Of a DNA stretch of 64,000 nucleotides, positions 17,191 to 24,691 are shown in pieces. Each line of letters begins with the position of its first letter. The first letter of the stretch is position 1. The notes below the pieces were generated by a model. That model had not been told where the DNA came from and made no database searches. It saw only the letters and a program-made list of their open reading frames with translations. The position numbers and the translations under genes were made by a program. The stretch is from Bacilli bacterium (GTDB lineage: Bacteria; Bacillota_I; Bacilli_A; RF39; UBA660). Where the stretch lies: contig JAFXTH010000006.1 in assembly GCA_017525035.1 (NCBI GenBank), forward strand, positions 7,714 to 71,713, given 5' to 3'.

Positions 17191-17201
17191 ATTATCACCT
17201 T

Positions 17202-17930
17202 CTAATTTGTTTTCCTTTTATAATTATTTTTTAGTTGCTTTTCTATTTTCTTAGATAAACTTTTAACTAATTGTTCATAGTTTTTAGATAAATATAATTC
17301 ATTATCAATTATACTCAATCCAATTATTGCTTTCTGTGTATATGCTCTTTCAAATACTATCCTTTTTTCACTTATTAATTCTTTTAATACTTGCCCACCA
17401 TCATCCGTACAAATGACAAATGTTATTTCAAGTCCTCCAACTTTTGTTTCTTTCATAATGCTATTGTAAAAATCTACCATTTTATCGATAGCTACTTCCT
17501 TATTTTTTGAATTAAATGATTTTGTATGATGAGTAACTATAATACTATAACAATCATTGTGATACGTTTTAATGTATAAAGATAAATCTTTATCTGATTT
17601 TTTTAATTCAAAGTTATGTTGTTTCATTGATTTACTAAAATCTTTAAAAAAATGCTCGTATGTCTTATAGGGACTTACATAAACATCTGGTTGAACAATC
17701 TTTTTCTTTTCTTTTTTAACTATAATATTCTTTTTTTCAGCGATACACATTAAAATTATCAAAAATAAACTTGCAATCCAAGCTACAATTCCAAAAATAG
17801 TAGGGATTAAATCTGAATAATGAAATATTAGACAACCCAAGCCAATTATAAAAAACAGAGACCAACTAATAATAACAATGTAAAAAAATAGATAATATAA
17901 TATTTTCAATAATAGCGTTTTTTTATCCAT
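17202..17930 (-). CDS. membrane protein, unknown function (co-operonic with the repressor)
   Basis: Three N-terminal TM helices then an approximately 150-aa cytoplasmic domain. No HExxH, so it is not an ImmA-type protease. Confidence 0.55.
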   Translation of the reverse strand: MDKKTLLLKILYYLFFYIVIISWSLFFIIGLGCLIFHYSDLIPTIFGIVAWIASLFLIILMCIAEKKNIIVKKEKKKIVQPDVYVSPYKTYEHFFKDFSKSMKQHNFELKKSDKDLSLYIKTYHNDCYSIIVTHHTKSFNSKNKEVAIDKMVDFYNSIMKETKVGGLEITFVICTDDGGQVLKELISEKRIVFERAYTQKAIIGLSIIDNELYLSKNYEQLVKSLSKKIEKQLKNNYKRKTN

Positions 17931-17941
17931 CTCATTATCAC

Positions 17942-18040
17942 CACAATTATAGTATTACACAAATTGTGTCCTTTTGCAACAAAAATGTTGACTTTTATTT
18001 TCTATCCATGTTATATTGTAGTAAAGATATTGTGTCTTTA
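17942..18040. promoter_or_regulatory. divergent promoter/operator region (lysogeny-switch-like)
   Basis: Half-sites CACAAT (17942), CACAA-A-TTGTG (17958-17968), and ATTGTGTC at 17963 and 18029. Rightward promoter: TTGACT (17988-17993), 17-nt spacer, TTATAT (18011-18016). Leftward TATAAT on the minus strand at 17946-17951. Confidence 0.55.
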
Positions 18041-18071
18041 GGAAACAATACAACAAATAAGGAGGGGAAAT

Positions 18072-18335
18072 ATGCATGAAAAGAAAGAACTAGATATGAG
18101 TAATCATAGGATATGGAAAGATAAGAATATTAAACCTGAATGTAAAAGAATATTTGCTTATCTATATTCAAAAGGATTTAATGTATCAGATTTCTATTTA
18201 AATGTGGGAGACATACAACAAGTAGTAAGAATTAAAAATGTTGGATTAAGAAAGAATCTAAGTACATTAGAAGATAATAAGTATCTAATATTTAGAGAAT
18301 ATGATACAGGAATGTATGAAATAAGTATTTGTTAG
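18072..18335 (+). CDS. small winged-helix-like protein
   Basis: AAGGAGGGG RBS. 87 aa. CKRIFAYLYSKGF...IQQVVRIKNVGLRKNLSTLEDNKYL resembles phage/plasmid wHTH replication or regulatory proteins. Confidence 0.5.
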   Translation: MHEKKELDMSNHRIWKDKNIKPECKRIFAYLYSKGFNVSDFYLNVGDIQQVVRIKNVGLRKNLSTLEDNKYLIFREYDTGMYEISIC

Positions 18336-18457
18336 ATTGGTAAAACACTAATAAATAATGGTACAGTAAATGTTTTGAGATTTATGTTAGTACCTTTTCT
18401 ATTAGATATAGAAAAAACATCGGTAAGAAAAGTCCTAATTTAATAATAAGGAGAATT

Positions 18458-18928
18458 ATTATATTAAATGGTCAATTTATCATTACTCCTAGAATATTAT
18501 TTAATGATGAGAACTTATCAAGAACTGAAATAGATGTTCTTAGTCTCATTATTTCACTTACCTTAAAAAAAGGATTTTGTTTTGCGAGTAATGACTATTT
18601 AAAAAAATATATTAATACATCAGAAAGAACAATTACTAGTTCATTGTCAAAATTAAAACAATTAAAATATATAATAATTAAAACAAATAACAATAAAAGA
18701 AGAATATATCTTAATAGAGATAAGATACCAGCAGAAATTTCTAAATGGATAGCAAGAAATTGCAATGGAGAGGTAGAAAAAACTTGCGACTATAAAATAA
18801 AGAATAAAAATAAAAAAGAGAATAAAAACATTAATCCATATTGGTTAGATCATCCTGAAATGATTAAAGAACCGAGCATTACTGAAGAAGAAAGAAAAGA
18901 ATTGGAAGACTTACTTAATAATTTCTAA
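18458..18928 (+). CDS. HTH (replisome-organizer/DnaD-N-like) protein with non-canonical or damaged start
   Basis: The frame is open from 18359. The conserved-looking N-terminus GQFIITPRILFNDENLSRTEIDVLSLIISL...ERTITSSLSKLKQLKYI lies upstream of the first ATG (18644). AAGGAG at 18448 is followed only by ATT/ATA codons in frame, and ATG 18468 is out of frame by 1 nt. Confidence 0.45.
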   Translation: MILNGQFIITPRILFNDENLSRTEIDVLSLIISLTLKKGFCFASNDYLKKYINTSERTITSSLSKLKQLKYIIIKTNNNKRRIYLNRDKIPAEISKWIARNCNGEVEKTCDYKIKNKNKKENKNINPYWLDHPEMIKEPSITEEERKELEDLLNNF

Positions 18929-18948
18929 TAAAAAGGGGGAATGATTAA

Positions 18949-19089
18949 ATGGAGGTAGTATATAATGTAAAAAATAAATATAAGACAAATGAATTTAGTT
19001 CAACTGATGACATGAAAAAAATAATTAATATTAAACTAATAAATGTCATTATGAAATTAGAAAAACAAAAATATCTATTAAACAATTAA
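18949..19089 (+). CDS. 46-aa ORF directly upstream of the recombinase (speculative directionality-factor candidate)
   Basis: AAAAGGGGGA RBS 8 nt upstream. MEVVYNVKNKYKTNEFSSTDDMKKIINIKLINVIMKLEKQKYLLNN. No homology can be asserted. Confidence 0.25.
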   Translation: MEVVYNVKNKYKTNEFSSTDDMKKIINIKLINVIMKLEKQKYLLNN

Positions 19090-19094
19090 CGAAA

Positions 19095-19114
19095 ATATGT
19101 TATATATAACATAT
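19095..19114. promoter_or_regulatory. perfect 20-bp palindrome upstream of recombinase gene
   Basis: ATATGTTATA|TATAACATAT, 35 nt upstream of the recombinase start. Confidence 0.5.
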
Positions 19115-19149
19115 CATCGATTAAGTAGCCATTTATCCGAAATGGAGGA

Positions 19150-20757
19150 ATGGCTATGGTAGAAAAGGTAGGTGTATATTGTAGATTATCTGATGAAGAT
19201 AGAGATAAAGTAAATAAAACTGATGATAGTGATAGCATAATAAATCAAAGAAGTATGTGTTTAAAATATGCCAATCAAAATGGTTGGGATGTAGTAGATA
19301 TATATTCTGATGATGACTTTTCTGGAGCTGGAACTTATAGACCAGATTTTGAAAGACTTATTAAAGATTGTGAAAGTGGAAAAATTAACCTTGTTCTTTG
19401 TAAATCTCAATCAAGATTTTCAAGAGATATGGAAGTAATAGAAAGATACCTTCATAATAAGTTCATAGAGTGGGGTGTAAGATTCGTTAGTATCGTAGAT
19501 AATGCAGATACTAGCATTGAATCAAACAAGAAATCTAGACAGATAAATGGGCTTATAAACGAGTGGTATTTAGATGACTTATCACAAAATATTAAAAAGT
19601 CATTAAAGAACAAAAGAGAAGATGGTTTGTTTATGGGTAGCTTTGCTTCTTATGGATATGAAAGAGATGAAGAAGATTATCATAAACTAATAATTGATCC
19701 AGTAGCAGCAGAAGTTGTTAGAAAGATATTTCAAATGTATGCAGAAGGATATGGATATCACAGAATATGTGTTTATTTAAACAATAATAAGATTCCACCA
19801 AGATCCATTTATAAAAAACAAAAAGGTAGTAAATTTGTTTGTGGAAGTTGTGATTATGATAATGTTATGTGGAATCCAGATACAATTGCTCAAATATTAA
19901 GAAATGAAGTATATATTGGTAATTTAGTTCAAGGAAAAACAACACATGTTAGTTATAAAAATCATAAAAAGAAAAATGTTCCTCAAAAAGAATGGTGCAA
20001 GATAGAAAATACCCATGAACCAATTATTGATATGGAAACCTGGAATAAGGTCCAAGAAATACTAAATAATCACTTTAAGACAACCAAGAATAAGCAAATG
20101 ACTTATTTCACAAAAAAAGTGTATTGCAGTTGTTGTGGTAAAGCATTTATGAGAAATGTTTATAGTGTTAAATCAGAGAAAACTGGAAAAAGAGCATATA
20201 TGCAATGTAAAGGAAATAAAAAGTATCATATTTGCTCAAATAATAAAGCAATTAGAATGGATAAACTCGAAGAAATAGTATTAAAAGAAATAAATGATTT
20301 ATTAAAGAATTACTATGATAAGAATAATTTAAAAGATCTCTATGAAAAAAGATGTTTACAAGAAACAAATAATATTGATTCAATAAAAAATCTAGAAAAA
20401 GAAAAAGAAGAACTAAATAAAAAGATTTCTACTAATAAAAACTATTATAGAAATCTATTTGAAGAAAAAGTAAAAGGTGTAATTTCTGAAGATATGTTTC
20501 AAATGATGTCGAAAGACTATTTCAATGAAATCGAAAATATGATGATTAGAATTGAAGTAATTGATAATGAGATAAAAGAGATAAAAAAAGACAAAATTGA
20601 TAAGAAACAAGCTACAGATATATTAAATAAATATAGACACATTAAAAAGTTGAATAAAGTAATTCTAGATGAATTTATTGATAAGATTTTTATAGGAGAA
20701 ATTGATAAAAACAATAATACAAGAGATATAGAAATAATATGGAACTTTGAGTTCTAA
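19150..20757 (+). CDS. large serine recombinase
   Basis: N-terminal resolvase domain with VGVYCRLSDEDRD (catalytic Ser), DSDSIINQR and SQSRFSRD. Recombinase domain, then Cys-rich zinc ribbon (CSCCGK...CKGNKKYHICSN), then a long coiled-coil C-terminus. The start may be ATG 19156 behind GGAGG. Confidence 0.92.
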   Translation: MAMVEKVGVYCRLSDEDRDKVNKTDDSDSIINQRSMCLKYANQNGWDVVDIYSDDDFSGAGTYRPDFERLIKDCESGKINLVLCKSQSRFSRDMEVIERYLHNKFIEWGVRFVSIVDNADTSIESNKKSRQINGLINEWYLDDLSQNIKKSLKNKREDGLFMGSFASYGYERDEEDYHKLIIDPVAAEVVRKIFQMYAEGYGYHRICVYLNNNKIPPRSIYKKQKGSKFVCGSCDYDNVMWNPDTIAQILRNEVYIGNLVQGKTTHVSYKNHKKKNVPQKEWCKIENTHEPIIDMETWNKVQEILNNHFKTTKNKQMTYFTKKVYCSCCGKAFMRNVYSVKSEKTGKRAYMQCKGNKKYHICSNNKAIRMDKLEEIVLKEINDLLKNYYDKNNLKDLYEKRCLQETNNIDSIKNLEKEKEELNKKISTNKNYYRNLFEEKVKGVISEDMFQMMSKDYFNEIENMMIRIEVIDNEIKEIKKDKIDKKQATDILNKYRHIKKLNKVILDEFIDKIFIGEIDKNNNTRDIEIIWNFEF

Positions 20758-20794
20758 ATACTAATAATAAATTTGGACTTTTCCGATGCCCCGA

Positions 20795-22000
20795 CATGGA
20801 GGAAGCGATCCAGGTGCTGTTAATGGAAATATAAAAGAAAAAGATTTTAACTTACAAGCAGCAAATTATATATATGAAAGATTAAATGAATTAGGAGTTC
20901 CAGTAGCAATTACTAGAATAGATGATGAAGATATTGGAAGAAGTGAAAGACTAAGAAGAATGGTTAATTCATTTGGTAATGATAAAGATGTGATAATTCT
21001 TTCTAATCATATTAACGCAGGAGGTGGAGAAGGAGCAGAAGTAGTTTATTCTTTAAGAAATGATGACACACTTTCTAAAATGATACTTGATGAAATAGGA
21101 AATGCTGGTCAAATAGAAAGAAAAGTTTATCAAAGAAGATTACCAGAAAATCCAAGTAAAGATTATTATTACATAATGCGTGAGACTCCAAATACTGAAG
21201 CAGTATTAATTGAATATGGCTTTATTGATAACCCAAGAGATTTGTATAAACTTCAAAATAATTTATATGATTATGCTGAAGGTGTTGTTAAAGCTGTTAC
21301 TAATTATATAGGTGTACCTTATATTCCAAAGGAAGAAACAATTGTAGATACAAATACTTATATTGTTAAAAGTGGAGATACACTTTATTCAATTGCAAGA
21401 GCTTATAACACTACGGTGGATGAATTAAAAAGAATTAATAGGTTATCTAATAATGTTTTATCTATTGGGCAAACTTTATTGATACCGGAAACTGAAGAAG
21501 AACTTCAAAGTGATTATTTAATATATACTGTTAAGAAGGGTGATACATTATATTCAATTGCAAGAGCATTTAACGTAACTGTGGATGAGATAATTACGCT
21601 AAACAGATTAAATAGTATTGGCTTATCAATTGGTCAACAATTGTTAATCCCAGAAAATGGAATTCAAATAATCGGAGTTGTTGATTACACAATAAAACCT
21701 GGTGACAGTTTATGGAAAATTGCTAATAGATGTGGTGCAACTGTTGATGACATTGTTAAACTAAACAACCTAGATTCAACAATTATTTATCCAGGACAAA
21801 TAATAAAGTTATCTGAGCCATGCGCAGCAAAACAAAATTACGAAGAATATGAAACTTACATAGTTAAAAGAGGCGATACACTTTATTCAATTTCAAAAAT
21901 GTTTAACACCACTCCAAGTGTGATAAAAGAATTAAATAATTTAAATACTGATATGCTTCAAATAAATCAGATGCTTATATTACCAAAAGAAAATGTCTAA
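20795..22000 (+). pseudogene. 3' part of split N-acetylmuramoyl-L-alanine amidase (Amidase_3 + 4 LysM)
   Basis: HGGSDPGAVNGNIKEKDFNL...LSNHINAGGGEGAEVVY (Amidase_3 zinc ligands), followed by four LysM repeats (Y.VK.GDTLYSIA..). The listed ATG 20786 lies in element DNA and has no SD. Confidence 0.88.
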
Positions 22001-22046
22001 ATGACATTTTTTATGTTATTATAATGCTAAGAAAAGAAGTGATATT

Positions 22047-22601
22047 ATGACAATAGATAATATTAAAACTCCAGAAGATATTTTGGATTTTATGAAACAA
22101 AATATTAAGTATGGATGGATTGATACAGAAAACAAAGAACATATAGGAACTCTAAAAGATTTTAGAAAACTATATAGGACTATGTCTTTAGAAGATACAT
22201 TAAAACATGGGATTGGAACATGTATTGAACAAGTACATTTAATGAGTACATTACTTACTAAGCTTAATATACCCAATAAAATGTTTTGTACTAGAATTTA
22301 TGAAGACGAGAATTTTAATGATCTAAATAGCGATGAACATATGCATTGTTTTGTTCTTTATTATATGAATGGTAAAGTATATCAAATAGAACATCCTAAC
22401 TGGGAAAAAATAGGTATATATGAATTTGCAAGTGAAGAAGAAGCTATCAAAAAGATTAATGATATTTATATAAAAATGTCTGGGGGATATGCAAGACCAG
22501 TAACAGAATTTTTTGAAGTACCAGTAGGTTTATCATTTAAAGAATTTAATCTATATATAAATGGTTTAGATAAGCAAGATAAAAAGCACTTGAATAATTA
22601 G
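22047..22601 (+). CDS. transglutaminase-like cysteine peptidase superfamily protein
   Basis: GIGTCIEQVHL (Cys), EHMHCFVLYY (His) and a downstream EHPN fit the Cys-His-Asp/Glu arrangement. Assignment is tentative. Confidence 0.5.
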   Translation: MTIDNIKTPEDILDFMKQNIKYGWIDTENKEHIGTLKDFRKLYRTMSLEDTLKHGIGTCIEQVHLMSTLLTKLNIPNKMFCTRIYEDENFNDLNSDEHMHCFVLYYMNGKVYQIEHPNWEKIGIYEFASEEEAIKKINDIYIKMSGGYARPVTEFFEVPVGLSFKEFNLYINGLDKQDKKHLNN

Positions 22602-22630
22602 TCTTCAAGTGCTAAAATACTTATATGCGT

Positions 22631-22704
22631 AGGGGATTAGTTAAATGGTATAATAATGGTCTCCAAAACCACTGTTGGGAGTTCGATTCTCTCATCCCCT
22701 GCCA
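22631..22704 (+). tRNA. tRNA-Trp (anticodon CCA)
   Basis: 74-nt cloverleaf. Acceptor AGGGGAT/ATCCCCT, D-arm GTTA-AATGGTA-TAAT, anticodon loop CT-CCA-AA, T-arm GGGAG-TTCGATT-CTCTC, discriminator G, encoded CCA. Confidence 0.9.
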
Positions 22705-22716
22705 TTTTGAATATTA

Positions 22717-22747
22717 AAACACTAACTATTTGTTAGTGTTTTTTTAA
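22717..22747. terminator. bidirectional terminator
   Basis: AAACACTAAC-TATTT-GTTAGTGTTT plus T-run. Follows the tRNA and overlaps the stop of the HD gene. Confidence 0.75.
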
Positions 22748-23403
22748 CATTTACCATTCCATTCATCTAAGAATTCATTAACAAAATTTTTCATAAATTC
22801 AACTCTTTTATCTGCAAGGTCTTTTGCGGTTTTTGTATTCATGTTATCACCAAGTTTAAATAGTTTGTGATAAAAATGATGAATTGTAGATTGATCATAT
22901 CCATTTTCTTCTTTAAAAGTACTACTATCATCTAATGGAATTGAATCATCATATAAAGGTAATTTATGAGCTCCTGTGAATGCAAAAGTTCTTACAATAC
23001 CTATTGCTCCAATTGCATCAAGATTGTCAGCATCTTGTAATATTAATGCATTTATGTCATCAACATTATTACCATTCCAATTGTAATCTTCATGGTGTTC
23101 GATACAATAACATATTTCATTAACTTGTTCTTCATTTAGATCAACATGTGATAATATTTCTTTAACTTTAGGAATAGTTTCAACTGGTAATATAACTCTA
23201 TTATCTTCGCTCTTCATTATTCTATGAATATCGTGTAAGAAAGATGCTATCCCAATTATAAGTCTATCGCCACCTTCTTTTTCTTGAATATATAAAGCTG
23301 CATTCATAGTTCTCACTAAATGACCAATATCATGACCACTTGAATCATCTTTAAATAATTCAATTACATAAGGTTTTAATTCTTCAATATATTTTTCTAG
23401 CAT
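22744..23403 (-). CDS. HD-domain metal-dependent phosphohydrolase
   Basis: GHDIGHLVR and FLHDIHR (His...His-Asp) motifs. Confidence 0.8.
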   Translation of the reverse strand: MLEKYIEELKPYVIELFKDDSSGHDIGHLVRTMNAALYIQEKEGGDRLIIGIASFLHDIHRIMKSEDNRVILPVETIPKVKEILSHVDLNEEQVNEICYCIEHHEDYNWNGNNVDDINALILQDADNLDAIGAIGIVRTFAFTGAHKLPLYDDSIPLDDSSTFKEENGYDQSTIHHFYHKLFKLGDNMNTKTAKDLADKRVEFMKNFVNEFLDEWNGKC

Positions 23404-23417
23404 TTAAATCACTCCTT

Positions 23418-24650
23418 TTATACAATGTGTAAGAAATTATTAAATCTTCCAATTAATATTAAAATTAATAAAGATATATTTATCATAATTATTATAACAA
23501 TATGTTTTTTTCTTTCTTGCACAAGGTTTGCTATAAATTCTCTTATAAGTGCGTTAGTATAAAAATACCACTTTGTTTTACTTCCCATTCCTTCACATTC
23601 AATACCTTGTTCATTTGCTATAACACCACTTCTAAATACATGATAATTAGTAGTAGAAAAACTAATCTTCGCATCTTTATTAACATTGTCGATTTTTTCT
23701 TTAGAAAACTTCATATTTTCAAAAGTATTTGTTGATTTATTTTCAATTATTATTTGCTTTTCTTTAATACCATTTTCAATTAAATATTTTTTAATAGCCT
23801 CAGCTTCTGCAATCTTTTCATCTTTACCTTTACCACCAGAAGGAACATAGATAATTTTCTTTTTTGTTAATTCATATTGTTTTTTCCCAAAATCAATTGC
23901 TTTATCAACTCTTCCTTTTAATAAGGGAGTAAGTGTTCCATCTTTATTTATTTTTGATCCTAAAATTATTATAAAATCTTTATCAAATTTTGGTGTATGT
24001 CTTGCAGCTCTTACATTACAATATAAAGTTGCAATTATTAATGTATAAAAATATGATAGTGTACCATTAATACAAATATCGAGAGTGTATTTAATTGCTT
24101 TCATATCATTTCCAAGTAAGAAGTTTTTAATTACATAATATAAAGTTTGGCTTCCTAAAAGGCCAAAAATTGCTAAGAATCCTAAACTTACTCCTAGCAT
24201 TCTTCTAGGACTAAAACCTTCTTTTTTGATTAATATAAAGTTAGTAATAATACTATATAATGAAAGAATAATAATACATGGAAGTGTTAACATTGCAAAG
24301 TATGAAAATGATTTTAAAGTATTATTATATATATCTACTATATTTATAACATTCCAGTTAAATGCTAATAAGTTTAATTGTCTTAAAATATTAATGTTGA
24401 TAAATATTAATAAACCTAAATTCATAATTATCGCATAGGAATATTTTCTTTTTTCATATTGTTCTTTTATATAAAACGTACATCCAATTGATACTCGTAT
24501 TAAAAATAATATTAATATTATTTGAATTGATTTACTTAAATCAACATTATTTGCTAAATCAGTATGATTCAATATACTAACAGTTAATAAAATAAATACT
24601 AATGTAACAATTAAGTAGATAACCCATCTTTTTTTCATAGTATCCGTCAC
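23418..24650 (-). CDS. polytopic membrane protein with C-terminal DUF218/YdcF-like domain
   Basis: Six to seven TM helices, then IILGSKINKDG...VPSGGKGKDE...STNTFENMKFS, typical of DUF218. Confidence 0.65.
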   Translation of the reverse strand: MTDTMKKRWVIYLIVTLVFILLTVSILNHTDLANNVDLSKSIQIILILFLIRVSIGCTFYIKEQYEKRKYSYAIIMNLGLLIFININILRQLNLLAFNWNVINIVDIYNNTLKSFSYFAMLTLPCIIILSLYSIITNFILIKKEGFSPRRMLGVSLGFLAIFGLLGSQTLYYVIKNFLLGNDMKAIKYTLDICINGTLSYFYTLIIATLYCNVRAARHTPKFDKDFIIILGSKINKDGTLTPLLKGRVDKAIDFGKKQYELTKKKIIYVPSGGKGKDEKIAEAEAIKKYLIENGIKEKQIIIENKSTNTFENMKFSKEKIDNVNKDAKISFSTTNYHVFRSGVIANEQGIECEGMGSKTKWYFYTNALIREFIANLVQERKKHIVIIIMINISLLILILIGRFNNFLHIV

Positions 24651-24691
24651 CTACCTTTATAATAACATAAAAAAAGATAAACTTTTATAGT

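Larger units (their letters stand above)
9446..20803 (+). mobile_element. 11.35-kb integrated or intervening element with large serine recombinase, bounded by 9-bp CATGGAGGA repeats
   Basis: Direct repeats at 9446-9454 and 20795-20803, both in the amidase reading frame. The recombinase gene is at the right end. The reconstructed attP has inverted arms (20773-20788 versus 9455-9469). Confidence 0.85.

Noticed and set aside
20786-20794. ATG 20786 as the genuine start of the amidase (MPRHGGSDPGA...), as listed in the ORF track.
   Set aside because: There is no RBS. The three extra codons are element DNA. The product would lack the conserved first beta-strand and the D-A-G of the DAGHGG motif, which is found intact on the 5' fragment at 9404-9454.
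9455-20803. Interpretation of the insert as an intact prophage or an ICE.
   Set aside because: No terminase, portal, capsid, tail, holin, relaxase, coupling protein or T4SS genes can be recognised among its 12 ORFs. 11.35 kb is too small for either.
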